Assembly (NCBI RefSeq): GCF_001194135.2
Contig: NC_068996.1
Location: 8,871,352 to 8,934,994 of the forward strand
Direction of reading: 5' to 3'
Length of the DNA stretch: 63,643 nt
Origin: Octopus bimaculoides
Taxonomy: Eukaryota
Shown: in pieces, positions 1 through 13,262 of the stretch
Numbering within the stretch: position 1 is the stretch's first letter
Layout: every line of letters begins with the position of its first letter
Translations under genes and position numbers: made by a program
Notes under the pieces: model-generated
What the model saw: the letters and a program-made list of their open reading frames with translations, nothing else
Databases searched by the model: none
What the model was told of the DNA's origin: nothing

Positions 1-5
1 ATGTT

Positions 6-117
<112 letters not shown>

Positions 118-547
118 TAGCCAAGGCCTCATCAACTTTTTCAAGTTCCACTTGAAAAGGAAGATGAGAGTAAGGAGGGAAGTGCTGTCTCATAGCAAAT
201 TTGTTGAAAGATGGGTGACTAGGAAAAATGGCCAGTATGAACGGACCAATTCTGAGGATACACCTGTAGAAAAAGGTAATGTAAAAGGAGAAAGGGCTCT
301 ATAGCCCTTTCTTATTTTTTCTGACCAGGCTCCCGTGGTTTTATGGGTTTTTCCACGTGTAACCTTTTCTTTTTCGAAGCGCCTCCCCCTATCGGGAGTT
401 TTATTTGTTATATCTTTCTCTGTTTTTCCATTGTTTACACGAACGTTTTCTTCTTTTCGAACAAAACCCTATGTAACCTTCGTCCAGTCTTTGTCCTTAC
501 ATGTTTTTGATTTATATTAGCCCTTGTAGCCAATAAAACAGAATTAG

Positions 548-553
548 TTATTA

Positions 554-618
<65 letters not shown>
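548..618. repeat. (ATT)n microsatellite
   Basis: Near-perfect ATT tandem run seen directly. Confidence 0.97.
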
Positions 619-1347
619 GCCTTTGCACAGCTTCTAACGCTGGAGATGTACTACAGTGTCAGCTGTTCACTACCAGTGAACTANNNNNNNNNNNNNNNNN
701 NNNNNNNNNNNNNNNNNNNNNNNNNNNNNNNNNNNNNNNNNNNNNNNNNNNNNNNNNNNNNNNNNNNNNNNNNNNNNNNNNNNNNNNNNNNNNNNNNNNN
801 NNNNNNNNNNNNNNNNNNNNNNNNNNNNNNNNNNNNNNNNNNNNNNNNNNNNNNNNNNNNNNNNNNNNNNNNNNNNNNNNNNNNNNNNNNNNNNNNNNNN
901 NNNNNNNNNNNNNNNNNNNNNNNNNNNNNNNNNNNNNNNNNNNNNNNNNNNNNNNNNNNNNNNNNNNNNNNNNNNNNNNNNNNNNNNNNNNNNNNNNNNN
1001 NNNNNNNNNNNNNNNNNNNNNNNNNNNNNNNNNNNNNNNNNNNNNNNNNNNNNNNNNNNNNNNNNNNNNNNNNNNNNNNNNNNNNNNNNNNNNNNNNNNN
1101 NNNNNNNNNNNNNNNNNNNNNNNNNNNNNNNNNNNNNNNNNNNNNNAAAAAAAAAAAAAAAAAATAGAGTGATCTGACTGATGCGTCTTTTTTTCTTTCT
1201 TTTTATCAGCTTTGCTGTGTTAGACTCCACCGAAGGGAAAAAAACATCGTTTTTAGAAAACTTTTTTCTGATTTTGTTTTTATATAAAAATGTTCTTTAA
1301 AAATAGGCATGGTGCAATATGGCTACAATATTCCTTTCTAATGCAGC

Positions 1348-1503
1348 TACAAGGGCTGAAATTTTGGGGGAATGAGATGAGTCGATTACAACGACCCCAG
1401 TGCGGATGAAAGGCAAAGTCAATCCCAGCGGAATTTGAACTTAGAGCGCAAGTGCGAGCGAAATACTACAAAGCGTCTCATCCAACTTGCTAGCAATTCT
1501 GCC
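1348..1503 (-). mobile_element. Degenerate SINE-A copy
   Basis: GATGAAAGGCAAAGTCAATCCCAGCGGAATTTGAAC matches the better copy at 3856-4071, with an internal deletion. Confidence 0.7.
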
Positions 1504-2092
1504 ATCTCAATATGGCTCCGATACTAGAAGTGGGAGTATTTCCGTTTCAAAGTTTTTGAGCGGTAATTAATAGGCGAAAAGCCATTTTTATTTGATTATA
1601 ATTTTTATTTAAAAAAAAAGGAGGGGGGTTCAGATCTTTTCTAAAGACTCATGAAAAAAAATCGAACAATTACACGACTTTAGTAAGAATTTCAAGGAGT
1701 TTTGTCGATTTATTTTGAATATACCAGTTAAGCAGTAGTAGGTGTGGCACACGATCTCATGCGTGAAGAATTGGTGCGGAACTGAAGATGAGGTGCTGTC
1801 AATGCTTCAAAGAGTTTGCGCAAAAAAAAAAGCTTATTGAAATGAGCGAATCAAATTTGACACCGCTTGTATTAAGGGACAGTCTCAAAAAATTTTTGCG
1901 CACTAACCACGGGATTCCATTATATATTTTGGAAATATTTGTACGTACGTTTCTCGTGTCTTACTAACTACTTCAAAATGGTGCATCGTATGGGGGAAAC
2001 TATTTTCATTTTCGTTTTTGGATTTGGTTTGCAAGATTCTTTATGTGAGTTCGTGTGTTGAAGCATATGCTGTTGTGTTTGGGGAGAGTCAT

Positions 2093-2473
2093 GGATCTTT
2101 CTGAATTGACGGGCAACACTTGTTTTCTTAACGAAACACTTTCAAACTTGGGATACTGGTAGAATGTGTCATATAAAACATTTTTTTCTCTTAGCCTTCT
2201 TAACAAAAATTTCTATATTGCAAGTTATTTCATGTTAAAGTTGTCCTATTTCTGTAATTTCAACCAATCACTGACGTCTATTCAGCTGAATACAGTTACT
2301 GCTGTTTTTGTAAACAATAATTTTTGCCGGTGTCATGATCGTTATTCCCTGGTAATTATATCGTTATTCCCTAGTAAGGGTTTAGGGTTTTAGGGTTAGG
2401 TTTCGGGTTTTAGAGTTAGTTTTAAGTGTTTCGGTACCAAAAAACACTACATAAAACATAAATGAAAAGATCC
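2093..2473. mobile_element. Non-autonomous DNA transposon (MITE), GGATCTTT termini, 8-bp TSD, internal TTAGGG-like repeats; Merlin-like by end structure
   Basis: GGATCTTT...AAAGATCC termini; perfect TSD AGAGTCAT at 2085-2092 and 2474-2481; TAGGGTTTTAGGGTTAGG near 2380-2405; homologous to 43941-44663. The superfamily call is inferred from GG termini plus 8-bp TSD. Confidence 0.85.
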
Positions 2474-2776
2474 AGAGTCATTTTCTCTTTGTGCCTTATA
2501 ATTTAACACACTCACTGGTAAAATTTCCACTTATTTCTTATTTTTATTTCCCTAAAATTTTCGTTGCGTCTTGCAACCTTTTCACTAGTCTTGACTCTGT
2601 CCGTTATTTACGCTGCGTTCCTTTTTCATATTTCGTATTTTCATCTTCAGACTCCCCCATATCTCAAAGCGTATATAATACTGTACTTCTCACGGAAAAC
2701 AGGGGAGGGTGGAACATTCGGAAATCCTCCCACCACATCAGTGTGTGAGGGTGGGAGTGAGCTGCATGTATAGTTA

Positions 2777-2808
<32 letters not shown>

Positions 2809-3855
2809 CATACATACACACACACATATATACATATTGTTTTCTAGTCCGAAACGACCCTTTCCATTTATCTGCTGCACTCCTCCCGTCTTTATAATCC
2901 TCCTTTTATCTATCATTCTCCCCTCCATCATTCATATCACTCATCTATCAATTATTCATATTCTCACCACTCACTCTCTCCTCTCTTTGCTGTATTACTC
3001 CGTAATTAACGAAATTAGGATCTGTTATTTATATACCCTAACCCTTTCTGTACAACCAGTCATCATTGTCTCTCCCTCGAACCATCTCCCACTGGCACCA
3101 TCGACCATCCCATCTTATTTCATATTTTACCATCCAAAGACCCCCCGCCACCTCTGGTTACTACCTTCCTCCCTTTTTAACATTGATTGCCTCCTTCTCT
3201 GTTTATATTTGGCCCTCTCTACATCCATTAATTTTCATCTTTCTCTCTCTCTTCACGAGTGGTGGCTCGTATATACGAACTGCAGAACTGCAGCACCCCC
3301 TATTTCCACTCGATATTATCGATAACATTCAAAATGATTCTTTCTTTATACTTGTACATTATATAATCCTTAAGCTTAATGTCAGTAGCCATCCCCTAGT
3401 TTATGAAATAAATACAAAAATTCTTGTACAGAACTGTGTGCTTCACAGTTCCAACGACGCGGTGTTTGGATGTTGTGCGCATGCTCACACGTCCGAGATA
3501 GGAAGCTTCACGCTAGGGAGAGAGGGCACTGTCGTTCACGCAATGCCGGTAAAAGATAATGTTTCTTTTTGATTCCGCTTGTGTTGTGCTTGAAAACATG
3601 TTTATATTCTCGAATGCGATAAAGTGTAGAATTAGATTATTATCCGGCTTCCAGCTACAGTGTTGCTGCCAGGATTTGAAAAAAGGGCAGATTACTCCAC
3701 CCTTATTTTGTGATTTAGTGGGGATTTTTTGAAAAACAAGGGGAATTCGCAGCGGCGTTCAGAGAACAAATTAAATACGCAAACCGGTAGTGGCTAAAAT
3801 TTGAACCGATTAAGTTTATAAATAATTATTCTTTTTATATTTCCTTTTACACAAT

Positions 3856-4071
3856 ATTCTCTTCTACTCTAGGTACAAGGCCCGACATTTTGGTGGAGGG
3901 GGCCAGTCGATTAGATCGACCCATTGCGTAACTGGTACTTAATTTATCGACCCCGAAAGGATGAAAGGCAAAGTCGACCTCGGCGGAATTTGAACTCAGA
4001 ACGTAACGGCAGACGAAATACCGCTAAGCATTTCGCCCGGTGGGCTAACGCTTCTGCCAGCTCTCCGCCTT
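3856..4071 (-). mobile_element. SINE-A (tRNA-like head, Meta/MESC-like central domain), full length
   Basis: Head GGCG.GAGCTGGCAGAA...GAGTTCAAATTCC (A/B-box-like), central GCCTTTCATCCTTTCGGGGTCGATAAA, 12-bp TSD CTTTTACACAAT at 3844-3855 and 4072-4083; more than 10 copies in the window. Confidence 0.92.
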
Positions 4072-4422
4072 CTTTTACACAATGTTAAAACAACGGCTAA
4101 AACTTTACTGTAGCAGCACCCTAACTAATTTTATCGACGAGCCACCACTGCTCTTCACACTCTTGCAAACTTCATCTAACCCTCCTAATTCTCTCTCTCC
4201 CTCTCTCTTTCCATCCTCTGTTTATCTCCTTGGATATTTTGCCCTGAAGATATGAATACATATCAGTTATAGGGAAATAGTGGCCCGAGAACTTTCTAAG
4301 CCTAAAGAAAAATTACGCTGAATTCTTTTAGCAGTGTTGTTCGCCTGATGATGTGCCAGCCTCATGCGGCCCGCTCTTCGAAATAGGTACCCATGTTATA
4401 GAGTATTGAGAATTCCCTAACT

Positions 4423-5192
4423 GGATCTTTTCTGTTTGGCTGCCAATTTTCAGTCTCTTCAATTTCTGTTTGAATCGGTTACATATTTGATGTAATGATG
4501 TAGTTTTATATGCTAATCAATGCTATGAAATACATTTTCGACATAAATCAATAGATAAAGAGTTATTAGCTTTTAAAGTTTGCAAATTCTGAGTAAATTT
4601 AGCCAATCGTAAGCCGCAGGCACATTCATGCCTATTTCCATAGTAACAAGCCAAACATGAAAAATCTTTTGTCTGCGAGATAACATTGGTTGACAGATAT
4701 ATTCTACACTGTGTTCGATTAGGGTTAGGGTTAAGGTTACTTGTGCCTATCTGCTGCTTGTACCCTGGTCGAGAGATGTGCGAAAAATAACAGCGAAATA
4801 GGCCTTAAATCACGTACACCCTCCAATTTCTTTTTGCATAATCGTATGAATTGAGGGTATAATACAAATTCGCAAAAAATTTCTAAAAATTCCCAAAAAT
4901 TCCTAAAAATGAAAACGTTAGGGGCGGGAGTTATATGTCGTGCATATAGCAGAAGTTGATTTATTTACAGTTTCATATTAAAACACATTACACACAAAAT
5001 GAAAGCTTCCCAAATCCTGTTTTCTGACTATGTGAAATTTATCAAATTTTAAATCTCTATAACTTTTTTTTTTTAAATTCTGGAAAAATGTCTCCTGAGA
5101 TTCAACTTAGAAAACTACATTAATATAACCAAATTTTAAAATTTTCAATAAACTTTGAAGTTTTCACAGCTGCAGCCAAACAGAAAAGATCC
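4423..5192. mobile_element. Non-autonomous DNA transposon, 21-bp TIR, 8-bp TSD; Merlin-like by end structure
   Basis: Perfect TIR GGATCTTTTCTGTTTGGCTGC / GCAGCCAAACAGAAAAGATCC; TSD CCCTAACT / CCCTAGCT (1 mismatch); internal TTAGGGTTAGGGTTAAGG near 4720-4738. Confidence 0.88.
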
Positions 5193-6145
5193 CCCTAGCT
5201 TTACATGATAAAAAGCAACCTTAACAAATGGTGGTTTCTCGAAAATATGCACCAAGTGCTCTCTGTAGAGTTGATAAATGAGCAAAGATGATATTCAGCT
5301 GAAATGACATTTTAGTCTTGTCGAGGACATGACAACCTCTTTAGTGCAGGTGCCAACATAAAATGCACTCATTACAATGCATTTTACATGTAAAGTAGCT
5401 GGTGATAGCAAAGGTGTCTAGCAGGGGAACCAAGTTAAAAATGAAGTGTAGGAGCGTGACGTGGTCCCAAAGGCGTAGCCAGGTTTTAAAATTAGGGAGA
5501 GAACGACCAAATAAAACAAAAAAGACGCCGTTGTTCATACCAAATAATTTAAAACTCATTTTTGTTATATATTATGCGAAATATTTCATTGGTTATAATA
5601 TAAGTAATTGTATTCAACATTCATTAATTTCATGTTTCAGTGACGATGACATTACGTATGAAACTTACAACTGTTGATACAAGTGGGAGGTGAAAAAAAA
5701 AAATGATGAAATTCCACGGATCGCCCAGTATCCAGAGGTTATGACGTCAAGGTTTGTTTTGGTTCTTCAGATGTCAAATGACACCAACACATCATAAGAG
5801 ATTGAGTAGACAGTTCAAAACTATGGGAGGAGGGTAGTCAAATAAAGTAATAATTCCAGCAAATTTTTCCAAGGCTTTTGCGATTAACGAAAAAGAAACG
5901 ATTCGACTTTTATGGCACAAGTGAATTAAAAAAAATTAAAAAAAGAATTGTTGAAAAGGCGCCAACTTTGAAAAATGTGCTTGGCGGGAGTGTTCGTACC
6001 CCTTGTTCTCCTATTAGCTACGTCATTGCGTAATCCTTCGAGCTTTGTAAGGGGGACAGTAATTTCAAATAAGAACTGACTTGGACTGATGCGACCCGTT
6101 CAAGCGACATTAGCTGAGAAAATGGACATAAAATAATAGTGATAA

Positions 6146-6302
6146 CACGCACGCGCGCGCACGACGGGCTTCTTTCAGTTTCCGTCTATCAAATCCACTC
6201 ACAACGTCCAAGGCTATAGTAGAAACACTTGCCCAAGCTACCACGCAGTGAGACTGAAACCGGAACGATGTGGCCGGGAACCAAACTTCTTACCACTCAG
6301 CC
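6146..6302 (-). mobile_element. SINE-B 5' half
   Basis: Reverse match to the head of the full copy at 42222-42625 (GGCAAGTGTTTCTACTATAGCC...GGATTTGATAGACGGAAACTGAAAGAAGCCCGTC). Confidence 0.85.
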
Positions 6303-6456
6303 AGATATATATACACACACATACACTCACCCATATTTAATCCTTAATCGTTAGTCCGACAAAATATATTCCCTTTCGCCTGTTGACTCGTCGGGAGGCA
6401 TAAGCGAAACTATATTTTGACGGACTAGCGATCATGAATTAAAAAATTCTTATTCT

Positions 6457-6590
6457 TGCGGTTCGGCAAAACAGACCGATAGAATAAGTACTAGGCTTCC
6501 AAAGAATAAGTCCTGGGGGTCGATTTGCTCGACTAAAGGCGGTGCTCCAGCATGGCCGCAGTCAAAAGACTGAAACAAGTAAAAAGAGTA
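6457..6590 (+). mobile_element. SINE-B 3' half
   Basis: GATAGAATAAGTACTAGGC...GCTCGACTAAAGGCGGTGCTCCAGCATGGCCGCAGTC...GACTGAAACAAGTAAAA, matching the 42.5-42.6 kb tail. Confidence 0.88.
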
Positions 6591-6949
6591 TTCATTCTTA
6601 GACTTATCTTTGAATACTTTATTTCTAGTGGCCAGACATAGCTTCTTTTTGAACTTGTCATCTCTAGAACATTGGCTCACAACCATTTTTTTTTCTTTAC
6701 CTATGGATCCTTTCGATTCCTATTTTACCCAGGTGTATCCTCACAGCCATTTAATACTTTTTAAAAAATCCTGTCATACTTGAATAATATTACAAGGAAT
6801 TGTGTTCAAAAACAATTGTTAAAATATTTTGCGTATCGTAGAAGTAAAACCAATTTTATTGCATCTGAACTTTAACAAAAAAAATCTTATAAAGACCTCC
6901 CCTCTCCCCAGGGTCATATGGACCCCGGCTGAGAAACACTGCCCTAAGG

Positions 6950-7000
<51 letters not shown>

Positions 7001-7674
7001 ATCTTTTCCAATACATACGAATGGCAATGGAGACAGATGTACTCATCAACACAGAAAAGAAAGAGTGAAGGAGAGATAAAGAAAAGGTAAGACCGAGATA
7101 CCCATACACACACACACACATTGTGTACAATAGAATACAAACATATATATATATACATACACATGTACGCATGCACACACGCACACGCTACAAACACTTT
7201 GACAGACACGAACACATGGGTGTACACACACACACATACGCACAAACAAATACATACACACGCACACCTACACACAAACTCGACACTTTCACACCGTATT
7301 ACAAGGTAGACACACAGTGCATACATCCACAATGAATACACACCGACACCCGAGGATTTTTTTTTACCCTTTTCCACCACCCAACTCCTCATCTCTCCTC
7401 TACCCAACATAATACCTCCCTCCCCTCACCTTGGCTACTTAAGTCTTCTCTCTTTTCCTTCTTTCTGTCTATCATTCACTTAACACGCCGACCCCTCCCG
7501 ATCTTTCCTCGCCATCGTCACCCAACTCTTCTTTTCGTCTCCACAAACTCTCTCTCTCTCTCTCTCTCCCACTTTCTTGCTATATCTTTCACTCACTCAT
7601 CATTATTACCCTTTCTATTTTCACCATGCTTCACTCCCTCCCTTTCTGTCAATCAAACACCTATCACTATTAAA

Positions 7675-7706
<32 letters not shown>

Positions 7707-8199
7707 ACTTTTTCTTTCGTTTTCTCACTTTGTCTTTCTGTGTATCTATTTCCCCATTCTTGCACACACAGATGCACATACATACACAAGTACGTATAGA
7801 CATAAACACACACACACACATATATANNNNNNNNNNNNNNNNNNNNNNNNNNNNNNNNNNNNNNNNNNNNNNNNNNNNNNNNNNNNNNNNNNNNNNNNNN
7901 NNNTATATATATATAAACACACAAATGTACACGCATATACACCTACATATTTACGTGGACACACGTACACATAGCTACACACACACATACACACACAAAA
8001 CATACATGTACACGCGGATACTCTCTCACTTTCTCTGTGTGTGTGTCTGTGTATATATATCTCTCTCTCTTTCTCTTACTCTCTCATAGGCGCGCGCGAG
8101 CGAGCTATGATTCTTTTTTTTTTTTTTTCTCATTTTCACTCACTCACTTACTCACTCCCTCACTCACTGGCTCACTTACTCACTCGCTCTGTCTCTCTC

Positions 8200-8890
8200 A
8201 CTCTATCTATCAATGCCACCTCCCTTCCACCACCACCACCACCGCCACTGTCGCCACCTCCGCCACCGCCGCTGATAGGTAGGTGTGTCCAGGGAATCAC
8301 CCGGATGTTGGGCGTGGTATATGGAGTATTAACATGGCGGATGGAGTGAAAGACAGTCTCTCCGTAGTTAGTACTCTAGTCTCAGAAACAGACGGACTTA
8401 TTATTATTATTATTATTGTTATTGTTGCCACATTCTTGTTTGTTTGTTATTGTTTTGACTACTACAACTACAACAACAACAACAACTGCCACAACTACTG
8501 TTATAACTACGATTGTTGTTGTTGCTGCGGTTCCCGTTGTTGTCCTTCTTACTATTATTACCATTATTATTACCGTTGTTATTACCAACATCATCGTCGC
8601 GGACATCGCCGTTGCGGTAGTGGTTGTGGTTGTAGTGGTGGTTGTTGTCGTTGTCGTTGTTGTTATTGTTGTTGTTACCGGTCGCGATTCACGAGAGATT
8701 CACAACTTATTAATACTGTTGCTAACATCGCCGCCGCCGCCGTAGTCATTGCCGCCGCAACCATCAGCACCAGCATTGTCAACATCATCATCATCACCAT
8801 CGTCAACAACAACAACAGGAGCAACATCGTATTTGCTGCCGACGCCACCGCCCACCGACCAACACTCTCAAACTTACAGTTCGCAGGGGT
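8200..8890. repeat. GC-richer trinucleotide low-complexity block (CCA/CCG/ATT/CAA/GTT/CAT runs)
   Basis: Mixed triplet runs seen directly; they explain the Cys/Tyr/Val/Thr-rich ORFs listed here. Confidence 0.85.
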
Positions 8891-9377
8891 GAGCAAATTT
8901 TTTTCAAAATTTCATTTATTTATTTAATATCATTGTTGATATTATTAACGCTATAATTACTGTTTCTTATAGTTGTTGTTGTACGTGTTGTTTAATTTTC
9001 TTAATTAATTTTGAAAATTTTCATTCACATTGCTTATTCTTCTCTGTCTGTCTCTATTTCAATTTTGAATATGCCGGCGGCGAGGGTGTATTCGTAGATT
9101 ATTACTAATGTTGTTGTTTATATTGATTTTCTTTCTTTACTGAGAGAGCAATAAACAAAACAAAACTCATATTCTCCAAGTATGCACACATGTGCAAACC
9201 AATGTGTGTGTGTGTGTATTGCTATATGTGTGTGGCTACATGTATATGTGACAAACAGGTATACATGTATTTGTAAAACTGTATAGACATTCTCTTATAT
9301 GTATGTATATATAAATAGGTAGATAGACACTACATGCCCCTAAATACTCGGATGAAAATGCACATACAGGCACTTTC

Positions 9378-9456
<79 letters not shown>

Positions 9457-10594
9457 CACACACACACAGACGCATTCTCAAACACACAGGAGCGCGTAAA
9501 GTATATAGTGATATTTTTTTTCTATCATACCCCTAACAACACACGCGCACACACACAGACAAAAACACACACACACTGTACACATGTACCCCACAATCTG
9601 TTGTAAATATATAGCAATCACAGCAACATGCAGCCACATCCACGAAATTACCTTTCAAAATACCACGCATTCACCTTACACGCCGACCGACTCCCATATA
9701 TATATACATATATATTTATATATACATATATATATATACATGTATGTACATACTTGCACACATGTATATGTATATACGCGCGCGCGCAACACACCCACAC
9801 CGTGGGACGACTGGGTGCCTTCCATTGTGTCTTCTCGTTAATTCTTATCTACCTTATAGGTTTTGTGTGTGTGTGTGTGTATTAATTATATCAGAGTCAA
9901 TATTTTTGTTTATCTTTCAGATGCATAAACGATATTCTTACTCCTGTTCTTATTAAACATTGTTATTGTTGTTGTTGTTAGTATTGATACCGATAATGTT
10001 TATGATGATGATGATACTTGGTTGCTTTTTGCTCACTCTCCGTATTATATAGTATAGGCGCGACCCTTCTCGGTCTTTTTTTAATTTTAACCTTTACAAG
10101 ATAAAACACACACACACACACACACATGCACACACCCATCTCTTTGAGTTTCGTTATATCTGTTGGTATATGTAATATTTAGAGACAACGTACATATATA
10201 TAAATGTATGTGAATGTGTAAGCATTTGTGTATGTGTGTGTGTGTTTGTGTGATATGTACGAGTTTCGTTAAGCCTTGCTTATTGAGACATATGTTTTCA
10301 CATGTCCAGATACGACGTACACAAACTTGTTCGGCGGTGTGTTTATGAGAGTGAGCTTGTGTGTGGGTGTGATTATAGTATGTGCATGTAAGTGCGTGCA
10401 TATATACATAGGTATGTATATATGTATGTATATATGTATGTATGTATGACTTTGTGCATTCACGTGTGTGTGTGTGTAAACATGAATTTATATATGAATA
10501 TGTGTATATGACGTGCATATATATATACATATATTTATATATATGCATATATATGTACATGTATGTACATACCTTCATCTACATGTACATATAG

Positions 10595-10639
<45 letters not shown>

Positions 10640-11511
10640 NNNNNNNNNNNNNNNNNNNNNNNNNNNNNNNNNNNNNNNNNNNNNNNNNNNNNNNNNNNNN
10701 NNNNNNNNNNNNNNNNNNNNNNNNNNNNNNNNNNNNNNNNNNNNNNNNNNNNNNNNNNNNNNNNNNNNNNNNNNNNNNNNNNNNNNNNNNNNNNNNNNNN
10801 NNNNNNNNNNNNNNNNNNNNNNNNNNNNNNNNNNNNNNNNNNNNNNNNNNNNNNNNNNNNNNNNNNNNNNNNNNNNNNNNNNNNNNNNNNNNNNNNNNNN
10901 NNNNNNNNNNNNNNNNNNNNNNNNNNNNNNNNNNNNNNNNNNNNNNNNNNNNNNNNNNNNNNNNNNNNNNNNNNNNNNNNNNNNNNNNNNNNNNNNNNNN
11001 NNNNNNNNNNNNNNNNNNNNNNNNNNNNNNNNNNNNNNNNNNNNNNNNNNNNNNNNNNNNNNNNNNNNNNNNNNNNNNNNNNNNNNNNNNNNNNNNNNNN
11101 NNNNNNNNNNNNNNNNNNNNNNNNNNNNNNNNNNNNNNNNNNNNNNNNNNNNNNNNNNNNNNNNNNNNNNNNNNNNNNNNNNNNNNNNNNNNNNNNNNNN
11201 NNNNNNNNNNNNNNNNNNNNNNNNNNNNNNNNNNNNNNNNNNNNNNNNNNNNNNNNNNNNNNNNNNNNNCTCTTTCCACCTACACCCCAATTATCCCCCC
11301 CTCCGCCATATATTATACAAAATAGCCACGTACCTCTTCTTCTGTAACCAATCTATTCCTGTCCCATTTATCATTACACCAAGCGTCTCCTTCTCAATTA
11401 TTCTCCCACTTGGTCAAAAGGCTTCTTTAGTCTTGTCACTTACATGGTGACCTCACTGGTGCTGGTGCCAAGAAAATTAAAAAGAAGGGATTAGTACACT
11501 CNNNNNNNNNN

Positions 11512-11554
<43 letters not shown>

Positions 11555-12092
11555 CTCCTCCCCGAACTCTCATTTTACCCCCTCCCCCTAATTGTTTTAT
11601 TCTGTTGCTCTTCAACCATTCTGTACTGCCTGTCATCACTTCCTCTCTTCTGAGCCACTGGTGCTTGACATACACCTCACCTTCCTGCATTATCAACCAT
11701 GCCTCCACTTTTACTAGCTATTCACCCTTAGCCTATCTTTATCACCTCTCACTCCCCCGCCCCCCACTCTTGCAAGCTTTACCCACCCATCTTCATATTT
11801 TTCTGTCCAATTCTCTCTTCTAGTCACCTGTGCCCTACATTATTACACCTTTCCACTATCATTTTTATCTCTCTTTCCACCTACACCCCAATTATCCCCC
11901 CCTCCGCCATATATTATACAAAATAGCCACGTACCTCTTCTTCTGTAACCAATCTATTCCTGTCCCATTTATCATTACACCAAGCGTCTCCTNNNNNNNN
12001 NNNNNNNNNNNNNNNNNNNNNNNNNNNNNNNNNNNNNNNNNNNNNNNNNNNNNNNNNNNNNNNNNNNNNNNNNNNNNNNNNNNNNNNNNNNN

Positions 12093-12285
12093 CCTTGAAA
12101 CTAATGTTCAGGTCGTTTGGGCAATGCTGGCGGTATATTTTCGACATCGTACAAATGATGTACCACTCGTGCTGGCGCTGGAGAGAGTAGAGCTTCAAGG
12201 CTTTAAGGTGGTCCCAGTAATCGACATCAGTCATGCATTCAATTCGTTTAGTGAGTGCCCTCTGGGGTGATTCAATCCTCGAGAT
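12093..12285 (-). mobile_element. 3' fragment of a CR1/L2-group LINE ORF2
   Basis: Minus translation VDYWDHLKALKLYSLQRQHEWYIICTMSKIYRQHCPN resembles the conserved LINE C-terminal motif (Y..RL..L.LYSL.RRRERY.II...KI); the 3' side is cut by an N-gap. Confidence 0.75.
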
Positions 12286-12439
12286 GTTTTATATATATAT
12301 ACACCACATATACACACACATAGGTATACATGTAATTATATCATCATCATCCCTTTTCATTCCACTTTTCCTATGCATCAAAAGGCTAAATGTTTCTTTT
12401 CAAACACACCATATTTTTTGTTGCATTCTTTTGTCATAT

Positions 12440-12900
12440 CTTATGTGAAGTTCACTGACCAGAAACAAGCTTCTTACCACTTTTGTCCATGTCTTCCTTG
12501 GTTTTTCTCTCTAGCACAGTTTTCTCCTACTTGGATAATCCTGGTATTTCATCACCCATCCCTCATTCTCCATACACATCACATCTCTGTACCAAAGTAG
12601 TCTTTATTCCTACATTCTACAGCTGATTCCTTTCATATCCAGTTTATCTCACAGCTCCTTCTTAACCACATTTTTCTCAAATATTACCATTACACATACA
12701 ACAGGGCTTCCATGTTTCATTTGTCCAACCTTTGTACATCCTCTACATTCTGTAGCCATGTCACACTGCCTTGCAGCATTACATTTCATGCACAAACATT
12801 CTATAATCTACCTTTTACTCAAACTTAAGAACCCTCTTGTTTCCAACAGAGATAACTTCCTTGAAATTTCCCATCCCATCCTTATTCTGGCAGTTATGTT
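12440..12900 (-). mobile_element. Decayed RTE LINE ORF 3' fragment
   Basis: Minus strand GAGTAAAAGGTAGATTATAGAATGTTTGTGCATG...GCAAGGCAGTGTGACATGG resembles the RTE post-RT region (RVKGRLY..CV....L.GSETW); many lesions. Confidence 0.6.
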
Positions 12901-13007
12901 TTCAGGTGTGTTGCCCAAGTAACAGGAACTATCGACTCTTTCTTAAAAGTCTCCTAAGCCATGTCAGTGTGTTTGTACATGCATGCACCTCAATGTCTGC
13001 CACTATG

Positions 13008-13054
<47 letters not shown>

Positions 13055-13142
13055 TATATATATGTAAATAATAAATGAGTATATGCATATATACGTACAT
13101 GTATGTACATACTTACACCTACCTGTATATAGAGATGCATAT

Positions 13143-13262
13143 CTGGGTACAGGACATTGCAAACAAAGCGTAGACAAAATGATAAACGAGTACAGAAAAC
13201 ACACAGGCCACATAGAGAACATCTTCATCAGCTGCCCCCATTCTAACACAGGCGTTTCATAC
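13143..13262 (-). mobile_element. Penelope-like element 3' tail fragment
   Basis: Ends ...TGTCCTGTACCC next to a TA-rich tract; same terminus as 27420-27489 and 31021-31188; begins near GAAACG. The family call is inferred. Confidence 0.5.

Noticed and set aside
8283-8927. Cys/Tyr-rich 214-aa ORF resembling a metallothionein or keratin-associated protein
   Set aside because: The composition comes from TGT/TAT/CAA triplet runs, and other frames give equally biased peptides; no family motif.
6819-10578. YI/CV/HT/SL-rich ORFs
   Set aside because: These are translations of (TA)n, (TG)n, (CA)n and (CT)n microsatellites.
11270-11992. Apparent tandem duplication (11270-11393 vs 11869-11992)
   Set aside because: The identical copies each abut N-gaps, which is typical of contig overlap rather than real duplication.
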